Part shown: piece after piece, positions 33,239 through 42,463 of the stretch | Numbering within the stretch: the stretch's first letter is position 1 | Layout: each line of letters begins with the position of its first letter | From: Candidatus Micrarchaeota archaeon CG1_02_55_22 | GTDB lineage: Archaea > Micrarchaeota > Micrarchaeia > Norongarragalinales > UBA97 | NCBI GenBank assembly: GCA_001871595.1 | Contig: MNVH01000011.1 | Coordinates: 1-61,659, forward strand | Reading direction: 5' to 3' | DNA length: 61,659 nucleotides | Position numbers and translations under genes: made by a program | The notes under the pieces: generated by a model | Told to the model about the DNA's origin: nothing | Databases searched by the model: none | Seen by the model: only the letters and a program-made list of their open reading frames with translations

Positions 33239-34039
33239 TTAAAGCGTTTTCGTGGCGCCGCTTGCATCGCGGCTTTTTTGGCCGAAGTCATTCTCTTTTA
33301 GGGCTTCCTCGCCGGGGAAAATGGGCCCGTCAGCGCACACGCGTTGCCCGCCGCACACGCACTTGCCGCAGATGCCCATTCCGCAACCCATATACCGTTC
33401 GAGAGACACTTGGCACGGGATGTTCTTGTCTTTGCACAACCGCGCGAGTGCGGCCATCATTTTTTCCGGGCCGCATGCAAACACCGCGTCAACTCCGCCC
33501 GCGTCGAGCTCGGCCTGCGCGGCCACGGTTGCAAATCCTTTGATTCCTTTCGAGCCGTCGTCGGTTGTGACGACAACGCGAACTCCCTCTTCGGTGAAGT
33601 CCTTCTCCAAGAGTACGTCTTGCTCGTTGCGCGCGCCTATAACCATTACCGGTTCGATTTTCTGGGCGAGGCATTTTTTGGCAAAAAAGTATAGTGGTGC
33701 TACGCCGTAGCCCCCGCCTACCAAAAGGACTTTCTTTTCCTTGCCCGTCAACGCAAAGCCGTTTCCGTAAGGCCCGCGTAGAGTGATTTTGTCGCCTACT
33801 GCGAGTTCATGTAGTTTGTTGGAGAACTCGCCTACTGCGGCGATGTTGAAAGTTAGCGGGTCGGCGTTCATTATCGAGAACGGCTTTTCGTTGAGCCTGG
33901 GAATCCACACCATGCAGAACTGGCCGGGTTTGGCCTCGAGCGCGCCGTCGAGCGTGAAAGTCTTGACTCGGTAGTTGTCTGGGCGGATTGAGGCTATGCG
34001 GAAAGTTTTGTAAGCGTTTTTTTCGTCCATGTTAATCAT
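33239..34039 (-). CDS. pyrK: Dihydroorotate dehydrogenase electron-transfer subunit
   Basis: An FAD/NAD-binding ferredoxin-reductase-like fold with a C-terminal 2Fe-2S Cys cluster (CGMGICGKCVCGGQRVCADGP). The ATG at 34039 overlaps the pyrD stop (ATGA). Confidence 0.85.
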   Translation of the reverse strand: MINMDEKNAYKTFRIASIRPDNYRVKTFTLDGALEAKPGQFCMVWIPRLNEKPFSIMNADPLTFNIAAVGEFSNKLHELAVGDKITLRGPYGNGFALTGKEKKVLLVGGGYGVAPLYFFAKKCLAQKIEPVMVIGARNEQDVLLEKDFTEEGVRVVVTTDDGSKGIKGFATVAAQAELDAGGVDAVFACGPEKMMAALARLCKDKNIPCQVSLERYMGCGMGICGKCVCGGQRVCADGPIFPGEEALKENDFGQKSRDASGATKTL

Positions 34040-34965
34040 TTTCTCGGTTCGTTCTCGTGCGCTATGCCGATTATTTCGCCGGGCGAGGCGTGGCCGTGTG
34101 CGTCGAGCCACGCGTCGATTTCGCGGGCGATTTCGCCGAGCGCTTGCGGGCCGCGGTAATGCACGGCAGTACCTACGCCGACCGCGGTTGCGCCTGCCAT
34201 CATCATCTCGAGTGCGTCCTTTCCGTTCGAGATGCCGCCAGTGCCGATTACGGGTATTTTGACGCTCTCAAACACGTCGTAGACGCAGCGTACTGCGAGT
34301 GGTTTGAGTGCCGGGCCGCTTATGCCGCCGACCTTGAATGCGAGTACGGGTTGCCCGCGCTCGATGTCGATTACCATTCCGGGTCCTGCAGTGTTGCCCA
34401 TGTTTATTGCGTTGGCGCCTGCGGATTCAGCTGCTTTGGCAATGTCTCCGAGCGCTTGAATGGATGGTGAGAGTTTTACCGACAATGGTTTTTTGGTCTG
34501 CTGCCTCACCGCGCGAGTGATGTCTTGTGTTGCTTGGGGCGTGCCTTGGCCGGCCATGGTTCCGTAACCGGGCGTGTGCGGGCAGGACAAGACGATTTCG
34601 ATTGCGGCGCAGGCTTGCAGGGAGTCGGCTTTGCGGGCGATTTCGCCGAATTCTTCCGCGTCTTTTGCCACTATAGAGAAGATGAATGGTGCTTCGCCGT
34701 CGTAGGCAGAGAATTCTTGGAGTGCGTGGTCGATTCCGGGGTTGCTGTAGCCGACGGCGTTGAGGAAGCCTCCTTCGAACGCTACCATTATCGGGTTGTT
34801 GTGGCCCTTGCGCGCTTCCATTGTCACGCTCTTGCTCGTTACTGCTCCCGCGCCGCCTTCCGAGGTGCGTTTGAGCGAGTCACAGCTTACTCCGGTAATG
34901 CCGCTTGCTAGTATGGTTGGGTTTCTCAGCGTGAGGCTTGCTATCTTGGTAGTAAGGTCGGCCAT
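34036..34965 (-). CDS. pyrD: Dihydroorotate dehydrogenase, catalytic subunit (class 1B)
   Basis: Motifs NPTILASGITG, IFSIVAKD, LSCPHTPG and IGTGGISNGKDALEMMMAGATAVGVGTA. Confidence 0.9.
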   Translation of the reverse strand: MADLTTKIASLTLRNPTILASGITGVSCDSLKRTSEGGAGAVTSKSVTMEARKGHNNPIMVAFEGGFLNAVGYSNPGIDHALQEFSAYDGEAPFIFSIVAKDAEEFGEIARKADSLQACAAIEIVLSCPHTPGYGTMAGQGTPQATQDITRAVRQQTKKPLSVKLSPSIQALGDIAKAAESAGANAINMGNTAGPGMVIDIERGQPVLAFKVGGISGPALKPLAVRCVYDVFESVKIPVIGTGGISNGKDALEMMMAGATAVGVGTAVHYRGPQALGEIAREIDAWLDAHGHASPGEIIGIAHENEPRK

Positions 34966-34989
34966 TGTTTTTCCTTGCCTGCTTAAGCG

Positions 34990-35745
34990 TTATAATCCTT
35001 TGCCGGAACCGAATGCGTCGGTGACGCCCTTTATTAATGCAGGACAGTTCGCCTTGTCAAGTTTTTTGAGCCGTCCGTGCTCTTTCGCTTTGATGAGTAT
35101 TGTGGTGGCGATTTCTTTGGCGCGCCTGCGGAGCACGCTTTGTCCAAGGGTGCCTTTGAATACTGGGTCGATTGCGCCGAGCGGCACTGTCTTGACTTTC
35201 AGGCCGGCGAGGACGATGTCGATGTTCATCGCGGCCTCGACGCCGAATTCCGGCAATAGCTTTAGTTTGAGCGCGGTTTTGCGTTTCATTGCGCGTTGCC
35301 CGCTTAGTGGGGATTCAGTGATTGCCGCGTTGACTTCCGGAAAAAGGAGGCGCATGAGCGGCCTGTAAGCAAGTTCGGTGAATGATTGTGGGTACGGCGA
35401 GCTGAAGGACGCTATTGTCACGTCGCACTCGCCTTTCTGTACGGGCGCGACGAGTTTTTTGAGCATTGCCGGCGAGAGGTTTTTGATGTCGGCGTCGACG
35501 AAGAGGACGATTTGCCTTTCCGCGCGTGCGAGCCCTGTCGTCATGGCGCGGCCTTTGCCGCGTCTTGCCCGGATTATTTGTGCATCGGTTTCTCGCGCTC
35601 GCTCAACGGTCTTGTCGGTTGACTCCGAGTCGGCAAGTATTATTTGTGCTTTAGGGAATGCTTTTCGTGCGGTTCTGATTGTTCGTGCTATTGTTTCTTG
35701 TTCGTTGTACGCGGGTATTATTACCGAGATTTCGTTAGCTTGCAA
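34990..35745 (-). CDS. GT81-like (GpgS/MpgS-like) family-2-fold glycosyltransferase, stand-alone paralogue
   Basis: Motifs ISVIIPAYNEQETI, VLFVDADIKN and FTELAYRPLMRLLFPEV...PLSGQRA...FGVEAAMNID. It parallels the N-terminal domain of the upstream gene. Confidence 0.55.
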   Translation of the reverse strand: MQANEISVIIPAYNEQETIARTIRTARKAFPKAQIILADSESTDKTVERARETDAQIIRARRGKGRAMTTGLARAERQIVLFVDADIKNLSPAMLKKLVAPVQKGECDVTIASFSSPYPQSFTELAYRPLMRLLFPEVNAAITESPLSGQRAMKRKTALKLKLLPEFGVEAAMNIDIVLAGLKVKTVPLGAIDPVFKGTLGQSVLRRRAKEIATTILIKAKEHGRLKKLDKANCPALIKGVTDAFGSGKGL

Positions 35746-37117
35746 TTATCATCAGCTCTGGCAGGGATTTTATGTTTACCGTGGCGAACTCGAGCGTCTT
35801 CTCGCCGATTGCCACGGGCAGTCCGACCTTCGCGAACATTTCTTGGTCGGATTCCGAGTCGCCTACTGCTATTGTTTCTTCGGGCTTGGCTTTGAATTTC
35901 CGCATCAGTGCTATTGCGGCCTTGCCTTTGGAGTAGACATAGCCGTTCTGTGAGAGGTAGTTAGGTATCTCGGTCTTTCCGGTGATTTTGCCGTTCTTTT
36001 CTTCGAGCGTCGGGCATACTATAGCGTCGAAGAGCGCGGGGTCGAAGCAAGAGGTAATGATGTGGCGGAATGCGTAGGACACTATTGCGGTCTTATAGCC
36101 CATGCGTTTGAGGTAGACGAGCGTCTCGTCGGCGAATTGACGTTTGCGGAGCTTCTTAGATGCTGCTCTGAGTTCGCGGCCGTTAAGTCCGCGTAGCATG
36201 GCTGCGATGCGGCGCGTGAGCTCGCGTTCGGTGATTCTGCCTGCATAGTAGTTCTTTCTTTCGTGGGCGAGTTTTTCTTTGAACTCGAATTCTTCTGCGA
36301 GCGCGGTAATGCTGCTTTCTGCGATGAGGGTGTTGTCAAAGTCGAGGATGATGAGCTTGTGTTTTTGCGCGAGGAAGCCCGCTTTCTGTAGTATCGTGCG
36401 TATGACCTGTTTGGATGTTGTGGAGAGTTCATTGAGCGGCCGGTGCTTGTGGTTGACTCGGCCGATGTTGACTTCTAGGATGCGTTCGCCTTGCTTGGTT
36501 GATTCCAGGACTATTTCCATGTCGATTCCCCAATCGGTTGAGACGTCGAGTTTTTGGAGGAATTCTTTTCTGATTGCGAACTGCCCGCTTAGCGGTTGTC
36601 TTAGAGTGACTTCGGGGAAGACGAATTCGAGCAACGGTTTTGCAACTAGCTCGGTGATGCGCCCGCCGTCCCGGTCGAACGTGGCCTTGCATACGCTTGC
36701 TTCGCCGTTCATAAGCGGCATAGCCAGCGCTTCGATTGCGGTTTGTGAGACGTTCTCGTAGTCGGCGTCGATAAATATCAGTATGGAGTTGCGGGCGGCG
36801 CGCGCCCCGGTCATTATGGCAGCGCCCTTGCCCTTGTTTTTTGCGTGGCGCACCACGCGTGCGCCTGCCGCGGTGGCTACTGCAGCGGAGTCGTCTGCCG
36901 AGCCGTCGTCGACAACGACGACTTCGCTTACTAGCGGAGAGGTACGGCACTGTTTTACTACGCGTTCTAGTGTTTTGGCTTCATTATAGCACGGGATTAT
37001 TACCGTGGCTTTCTCCTGCAGGAAGAGGTATTTGAATGCGGTGAGTGCCTTGGCCGCGTTTTTTTCTAGGGAGAACGCTCGGCGGGCTTTTCTCAGCAGT
37101 TTATCCAGTTTGTTCAA
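35735..37117 (-). CDS. Glucosyl-3-phosphoglycerate-synthase-like (GT81) glycosyltransferase fused to a HAD (SerB-like) phosphatase
   Basis: N-domain: VIIPCYNEAKTLERVV, IFIDADYEN and GGRITELVAKPLLEFVFPEV..RQPLSGQFAIRKEF...WGIDMEIVL...VNIGRVNHKHRPL. This matches my recollection of the GpgS signature. C-domain: LIILDFDNTL...VGDSESDQEMF (HAD motifs I and IV). Confidence 0.6.
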   Translation of the reverse strand: MNKLDKLLRKARRAFSLEKNAAKALTAFKYLFLQEKATVIIPCYNEAKTLERVVKQCRTSPLVSEVVVVDDGSADDSAAVATAAGARVVRHAKNKGKGAAIMTGARAARNSILIFIDADYENVSQTAIEALAMPLMNGEASVCKATFDRDGGRITELVAKPLLEFVFPEVTLRQPLSGQFAIRKEFLQKLDVSTDWGIDMEIVLESTKQGERILEVNIGRVNHKHRPLNELSTTSKQVIRTILQKAGFLAQKHKLIILDFDNTLIAESSITALAEEFEFKEKLAHERKNYYAGRITERELTRRIAAMLRGLNGRELRAASKKLRKRQFADETLVYLKRMGYKTAIVSYAFRHIITSCFDPALFDAIVCPTLEEKNGKITGKTEIPNYLSQNGYVYSKGKAAIALMRKFKAKPEETIAVGDSESDQEMFAKVGLPVAIGEKTLEFATVNIKSLPELMIIAS

Positions 37118-37204
37118 CGCGCGTTACCCCGTCTGGCTTGCATAAGCTAGTTAGTGCAGCGGCGAAGATAAACCCGTATTCTTCCACGATTGACGATGCT
37201 GGTT

Positions 37205-38347
37205 CTAGTGTTGCGCGAGTTTTTCAGTCCATTCAAGGATTCTTTTTCCCGCATCCGAAAGTTCTTGCCGTGAGGCCGCGTAGCTGAAGCGTACGCGTTC
37301 GGGTGCCCCGAATGGTTCGCCGGGAACTCCTGCGACGAGCGCTTCATCAAGCAGCTTGGCGCAGAACTCGTTAGAGCCGAGTCCCGTGCTTGTAACGTCG
37401 GCAAACAAGTAGAACGCGCCGCGCGGGTTGGTGCAAGGCAATCCCGCTTTTTCCAGGCTGTTTTTGAATAGTTTCCTGCGTTCGTCGAATTCTGCCACCA
37501 TTGCCGCAACGGATTCTTGCGGTCCGGTGAGAGCTTCGAGTGCGGCTTTCTGTGATATGGAGCACGCGTTGCCAGTAATGTGGGATTGCATGCGGTTTAT
37601 GGCCGAAGCAATTTCTTTTGGTGCTAGGGAATAGCCTATACGCCAGCCAGTCATCGCGTATTCTTTTGAAACGGCGCTTATGCGTATCGTTCTATCCTTT
37701 AACGCAGGGTGCTCGGAAATGGAGTGGTGCGTTGCGCCGTCGTAGACGAATTTCTCGTATACTTCGTCGCTTATCACCGTGACGTTCTCGTGTTCTGATA
37801 GGCCTTCGGCGAGCTTGTCAAGCTCTTTTTTATCCGCCACGTCGCCGGTCGGGTTGCACGGCGAGTTTATCATTACCGCGCGCGTTGCGGGCGTCACGGC
37901 TGCTAGTATTGTTTCAGCTTTGAACTCGTAGGGTGCCGGGAGGGTGGCAAAGATTGGTTTTGCGTTGACGAGCTTGACTTGTTCGGGAATGCTTACCCAG
38001 CACGGGGTTTGTATTACGACTTCGTCGCCCGGGTTTGTTATGGCTAGGATTGCGTTGTAAAGCGCTTGCTTTGCGCCCGCGCTCACGGTGACGTTCTCCG
38101 GTAGCACGTTGTAGCGCGCCGCAATGGCTACGCGTAATTCTGGCGTGCCGGGTGCGGGCGTGTAGCCTGTGAAGCCGTCGTCGATTGCCTTTTTCGCGGC
38201 GCTTTTAATGTTGGTGGGCGTGTCGTAGTCGGGTTGCCCGATGCCGAGTGCTATGACGTTTTTGCCCTGTGCCTTGAGGGCTTTGGCCTTGGCGTCTATC
38301 GCCATTGTTGCTGAAGGGCTCGTCGTTTTTGCGCGTTCCGAAATCAT
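37205..38347 (-). CDS. Class I/II PLP-dependent (aspartate-type) aminotransferase
   Basis: Motifs VIALGIGQPDYDTP, NSPCNPTGDV and SAVSKEYAMTGWRIGY (PLP lysine context). Start set at ATG 38347 (MISERAK...); the track ORF extends 41 codons further. Confidence 0.8.
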   Translation of the reverse strand: MISERAKTTSPSATMAIDAKAKALKAQGKNVIALGIGQPDYDTPTNIKSAAKKAIDDGFTGYTPAPGTPELRVAIAARYNVLPENVTVSAGAKQALYNAILAITNPGDEVVIQTPCWVSIPEQVKLVNAKPIFATLPAPYEFKAETILAAVTPATRAVMINSPCNPTGDVADKKELDKLAEGLSEHENVTVISDEVYEKFVYDGATHHSISEHPALKDRTIRISAVSKEYAMTGWRIGYSLAPKEIASAINRMQSHITGNACSISQKAALEALTGPQESVAAMVAEFDERRKLFKNSLEKAGLPCTNPRGAFYLFADVTSTGLGSNEFCAKLLDEALVAGVPGEPFGAPERVRFSYAASRQELSDAGKRILEWTEKLAQH

Positions 38348-38393
38348 TGCAGTACCACCACGTTTTATTCTTTGCCGCGCGAAAAGTTTTTCA

Positions 38394-39041
38394 ATGAACC
38401 GTTTGGCTGCGCATATCGCAGCGTGGGATAAGGAGTACTCGCGCAAGGGCGGGTTGTGGCGCGGTACCACTAATTTTGCCCTTGATCTGCCAAAGGATAG
38501 CCGCGTTCTTGAAGTCGGGTGCGGGAACGGGAAGAACGTTTCAGCTCTTTGTCACCGTGGTTTCGAGCTTTACGCAGTGGATTCGTCACCGAAGGCCGTA
38601 GAGTTGACTGAACGCGTAGTCAAGCAGCTTGGCGGTGAGGCGGATTGTCGCGCGATGGACGTGCGGTCGCTGGAGTTCGTCAACGGTTTTTTTGACGCAG
38701 TCGTTTGCTTTCACGTTCTAGGCCACCTTCTTTCCGACGAGCGGGTTGCTGCGGCGGGTGAGTGCGTCCGCGTGCTTAAGCCGGGCGGTAAGTTGTATTT
38801 CAAAGAGTTTGGCTTGAAAGATTTCCGTTGCGGGAAGGGCACTTTGGTGGAAGAGGGTTCGTTCCGTCGCCGTACGGGCATCGTGACACATTATTTTTCT
38901 CTTGATGAAGCCGGGGCGCTTTTCACTCGTTTAGGTTTAGAGTCCCACTTGTTCGAGGATTGGTCGGTGTGTTTTAGGGGCGTTTCCTATCCCCGCCAGG
39001 AGTTGAACGCAGTTTTTTGCAAACCTCGACGCAAGTGCTAG
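38394..39041 (+). CDS. Class I SAM-dependent methyltransferase
   Basis: Motif I is VLEVGCGNGKNV, with AVDSSPKAVE and VLKPGGKLYF. Start set at ATG 38394 (MNRLAAH...), 46 nt from the divergent aminotransferase start. Confidence 0.7.
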   Translation: MNRLAAHIAAWDKEYSRKGGLWRGTTNFALDLPKDSRVLEVGCGNGKNVSALCHRGFELYAVDSSPKAVELTERVVKQLGGEADCRAMDVRSLEFVNGFFDAVVCFHVLGHLLSDERVAAAGECVRVLKPGGKLYFKEFGLKDFRCGKGTLVEEGSFRRRTGIVTHYFSLDEAGALFTRLGLESHLFEDWSVCFRGVSYPRQELNAVFCKPRRKC

Positions 39042-39075
39042 AATTTTTATTCTGCTTGCATTAACGTTCTTAGGC

Positions 39076-40050
39076 ATGGTTACTGAAATACTAGTACAGT
39101 TGGCAGTCTTCGCAGTGTCGTTAGTCGTGCTGATGAAGGCTGCCGACGGCGTAATACGACAAGCTATCGCCGCGGCAGAGCTGTTGGGCTTGAGCGAGCT
39201 AGTAGCGGGGTTCGTGCTTGTGTCGGTTGCAACTGCCTTGCCGGAGCTAACCATTTCAACCGAGGCCGCTCTCAAGGGCGCACCGGGCGTGGCCGTGGGC
39301 ACGGTGTTCGGCTCCATAATGGCGAATTTGTTGTTTATACTCGGTATTGTTGCAATCGTGGGCGGAATTCGCGTCGGTCGCAAGAGCATTCCTGCTTTAG
39401 TGCGTCTTCTCTTTGCAATTTCAGTGGTCTCACTGCTGTTGCTTTTCCTGGGCGCCGGGTCGTATACGGGCTTCGCGTTGCTCTTAGTGTTTGTGGCGTA
39501 CGTGTATACTTTGGTGCGTGAGAAGTTCGTGTTGTCTGAAATCTTGTTCTCCTTCAATTTCGGGGCAGGCGTATCCGGCTTGTTGAGCAAGTACCAGAGT
39601 ATTGCCAAGACGCTCGTTCTGCTTCTTGTGGGCATATTCATCGTGGTTTTGAGCTCGAACTTTTTGGTCGATTCGAGCGTGAAACTCGCAGTCTTTGCTG
39701 GTGTGCCTACCTTTGTCATTGCTGCGACAATAGTTGCTGTTGGCACTAGCTTGCCGGAGCTGTCCGTTGCGCTTGCCGCTGTCCGGCGTGGTCACGGACA
39801 CCTGGCTCTAGGAAATCTTGTCGGTAGTTCGATTACTGATTTGACCCTAGTGCTTGGCACTGCAGCGTTGTTTACCCCCATTGCGCCTAGCCTTGCAGTG
39901 AATTCTTTCCTCGTGATGGCTGCGGTTATAGCTAGCCTGTTGCTTTGGTACCTGATTGAGGTCAACCACAAGCTCGCCCGCCGCGAGGGTATAATCCTTC
40001 TGGCGGCATACTTTGGTTTTATCGTCCTAATGCTCTCCAAGGCCGTGTAG
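39076..40050 (+). CDS. Ca2+/cation antiporter (CaCA, YrbG/NCX-like)
   Basis: About ten hydrophobic segments and two alpha-repeat motifs (GTVFGSIMANLLFILG and GNLVGSSITDLTLVLG). Confidence 0.75.
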   Translation: MVTEILVQLAVFAVSLVVLMKAADGVIRQAIAAAELLGLSELVAGFVLVSVATALPELTISTEAALKGAPGVAVGTVFGSIMANLLFILGIVAIVGGIRVGRKSIPALVRLLFAISVVSLLLLFLGAGSYTGFALLLVFVAYVYTLVREKFVLSEILFSFNFGAGVSGLLSKYQSIAKTLVLLLVGIFIVVLSSNFLVDSSVKLAVFAGVPTFVIAATIVAVGTSLPELSVALAAVRRGHGHLALGNLVGSSITDLTLVLGTAALFTPIAPSLAVNSFLVMAAVIASLLLWYLIEVNHKLARREGIILLAAYFGFIVLMLSKAV

Positions 40051-40092
40051 TTGTAAAGCGTTTTATAGATTCTATGCGTGTATTATCTCCGC

Positions 40093-40758
40093 ATGGTTCG
40101 CAACCGTCTTGACTTGTTTCTGTCAGTCGTGCTAGTGGCAGCGGTATTGATTGTTGCCGTGTCCATTATTTTGCGGTCTCCGGAAACTACGCCGGTAGAT
40201 TATCGGGTTATAGTTGTTGGCGCTAACGGAACGATGCTTCACAACGCGCTAATCCAAGTAAAGGCGGGCGGACGCGTTCTGGTTGAGGGCTTGACTGACC
40301 GCGGTGTTTTCTCTTTCAAGGGTGCGCCACCGTCGGACGCTACTTTTTCGGTTGACGCGTCAGGCTATACCTTTTACGAGCGCAGGATCTCTGTAGGCGA
40401 TAATCGCGCCGTGCTGGTGTGTGGGTCCATAGAGTTCGTTGCACCCGCGTTGAATCAGTCTGGTACGTCGAACGCAGAGGGCTTGGCGTGCGAGGTCGGC
40501 GATGCGCACACGCGCTTTAGGCTGAGCCAGCTTGTTACAGAGTTTGTCGTTCGGACTCCATCCAATAACGCCTCGAGCGGCTTTCTCGACTGCGGCAACG
40601 GCCAATCGTACGAACTCGGGGAGTTTGCGATTGAAAACGACGCTTTTCTAACCGCGTGCGGGTACGTTTATCCCGGCAACTACTCGGTTTCTTTGCAGGT
40701 CAACGGTGCGCAGTGCAACGCAACCGTTCGCGTGGATTTCCCTTGCGGTACTCAGTAG
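40093..40758 (+). CDS. Membrane-anchored hypothetical protein (possible carboxypeptidase-regulatory-like beta domain)
   Basis: An N-terminal TM helix (LFLSVVLVAAVLIVAV) followed by YRVIVVGANGTMLHNALIQVKAGGRVLVEGLTDRGVFSF. A GTG at 40078 is an alternative start. Confidence 0.45.
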   Translation: MVRNRLDLFLSVVLVAAVLIVAVSIILRSPETTPVDYRVIVVGANGTMLHNALIQVKAGGRVLVEGLTDRGVFSFKGAPPSDATFSVDASGYTFYERRISVGDNRAVLVCGSIEFVAPALNQSGTSNAEGLACEVGDAHTRFRLSQLVTEFVVRTPSNNASSGFLDCGNGQSYELGEFAIENDAFLTACGYVYPGNYSVSLQVNGAQCNATVRVDFPCGTQ

Positions 40759-41831
40759 TCTGACAAGCTCTTTTGTGGTAGTGCTTTTTTGTGCTTGTCC
40801 GTCTTTGGCGATGGCCTAGTCGGTTTTGTTTCGCCGAAACCTGAAAAGGACACGCCCACGCGCCTCACGTTCGCCGTATTCTCATTAAGGAGTACGTCAA
40901 GCAAACTAGATATTGTCGGCATGGCTTCTTTAGGGTCGGTAGTGCTTTTTTCTAGCGTCTTTTGTTTGCCTTTGTAGGCCTTGTTTGAGAAGACTAAGTA
41001 CACGGAGGCGCGGCGGAAGGGTTGCCCGGCTTTTTCGGCTGCCGAAACGGCCAGCCTTTCAAGCTCGGCCAATAGCAGGCTCTTGTCGCGTGTATTCTCT
41101 GCCAGCGTGGCGATGCGCCCGCTCTGCGCCTTTGCGCCGCGTTCAGTTACCGGTGAATAGTCTTCGCCCTGGCTGGCTTGGTAGTAATAGTTTCCTCGCG
41201 AGTTGCCGAACTCTTCCACCAGCCGAGCCAAAGGCAGGCGTGCGAGGTCTGAAACCTTTTCAACTTTCATTTCAGCGAGCTTTTCCTCGGCCTTATTGCC
41301 TAGGCCTGGAATCTCTCCCACGTCCAGCGATGCGACGAAATCTTTTTCACCGCCGGGCGGCACTATGGTGAGCCCGTTTGGTTTGACGCGGTTGGCGGCA
41401 ATTTTTGAGACGAGCTTGTTTTTTCCAACGCCAATAGAGCACGACAGCCCGTGTTTTTCCATCCACTGCCGTATTTTCTGCGCAGTTGCCGGTGCGTCGT
41501 CGACTTCCATGAAGGCTTCGTCAATGCTGACTTGCTCAAAAGATTTTGTTAGCGAGCGCAGAAAAGACATTATCTCGTCCGAGACGCGTTTATACTTTGC
41601 TAGGTCTGCCGGTAAGTATATTGCGTCTGGCGCCTTGCTCTTGGCTTGAAAGAGCGCCATGCCGCTGTGCACTCCGAGCTTTCGTGCCTCGTAGCTCGCC
41701 GTTGCCACGGCGCCGCTCCCTCCGCCGCGCGTGAACATACACACGATGACTGGCTTGCCGCGCAACTCGGCGTGGTCGCGCTGCTCGATGCTAGCGTAGA
41801 ACGCGTCCAAGTCCACGTGCATTATTGGCAT
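40752..41831 (-). CDS. dinB: DNA polymerase IV (Y-family, Dpo4/DinB)
   Basis: N-terminal IMHVDLDAFYASIEQRDHAELRGKPVIV, plus SIDEAFMEV and SCSIGVGKNKLVSKIAA. Confidence 0.9.
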   Translation of the reverse strand: MPIMHVDLDAFYASIEQRDHAELRGKPVIVCMFTRGGGSGAVATASYEARKLGVHSGMALFQAKSKAPDAIYLPADLAKYKRVSDEIMSFLRSLTKSFEQVSIDEAFMEVDDAPATAQKIRQWMEKHGLSCSIGVGKNKLVSKIAANRVKPNGLTIVPPGGEKDFVASLDVGEIPGLGNKAEEKLAEMKVEKVSDLARLPLARLVEEFGNSRGNYYYQASQGEDYSPVTERGAKAQSGRIATLAENTRDKSLLLAELERLAVSAAEKAGQPFRRASVYLVFSNKAYKGKQKTLEKSTTDPKEAMPTISSLLDVLLNENTANVRRVGVSFSGFGETKPTRPSPKTDKHKKALPQKSLSDY

Positions 41832-41953
41832 GTGTTAAAGCAGTTGGAACGCGTTAAATAGATTTACGGGGGTGGCTTGCCGTTTGGTTGAAAGGGGTTG
41901 ACTGGCTTTAGTTAGGTTTTTCTGTTATTAGGGTGTGTATATTCGTTGGGCTT

Positions 41954-42463
41954 ATGGCGAACTTTCTCTCAGTAAGGCGTGTAAACGGGTTTCGTGATTT
42001 ACCCTATAGCTCGCGGTTTCCAGAATTTTTATCTCAAGTTCAGGGCAGTAATATTCGCTTGCTTGCGCAGGCGCGCAACAAACGCAATGTTGAGGTCGCC
42101 ATGAGTGGTTGCCTTGCCCTGGTTGGTATTGGTGGCAAGCCCGGCCACCGTCGCGTTGGGGTAGCTCACCTAGAGGCAACAGGTAATCTTGCGGAAACAC
42201 GTCTAGTTGTCCGGCAGGTTTGCAGTCATACCGGCCTTGACGCGCGTTTTATTGTTGTTGGAATGCCGCCCCTTACGTCGCGAGAGGTGTTCCGGCCGCG
42301 TGCGTTTACTTTCATAAAAGCCGCGCTTGCAGAGCAGGGTGTCGAGCTTCGCGGCAAGGATGTAGTGCGTCACTACGATGAATCTGGCGCGTTCCATGTT
42401 CGGGTTAACCCCGCCGGGCGCACTAACGTTTTTCTTATTCCTAATCTTGTTGGCAGGATATGA
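41954..42463 (+). CDS. Hypothetical protein
   Basis: About 169 aa from ATG 41954 (track GTG 41933). No motif confidently recognised. Its stop overlaps the next gene's start (ATGA at 42460-42463). Confidence 0.4.
   Translation: MANFLSVRRVNGFRDLPYSSRFPEFLSQVQGSNIRLLAQARNKRNVEVAMSGCLALVGIGGKPGHRRVGVAHLEATGNLAETRLVVRQVCSHTGLDARFIVVGMPPLTSREVFRPRAFTFIKAALAEQGVELRGKDVVRHYDESGAFHVRVNPAGRTNVFLIPNLVGRI

Noticed and set aside
38937-39746. 269-aa minus-strand ORF opposite the methyltransferase and CaCA antiporter genes.
   Set aside because: It is a Thr/Ser/Ala/Pro-rich low-complexity translation antisense to a gene with clear alpha-repeat antiporter motifs. It has no start signal.
41954-42463. Possible CheD-like deamidase signature (SGCLALV...VGVAHLEA) in the 169-aa hypothetical protein.
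   Set aside because: The resemblance rests on a few residues only, there are no chemotaxis genes in the window, and I cannot support it without a profile search.
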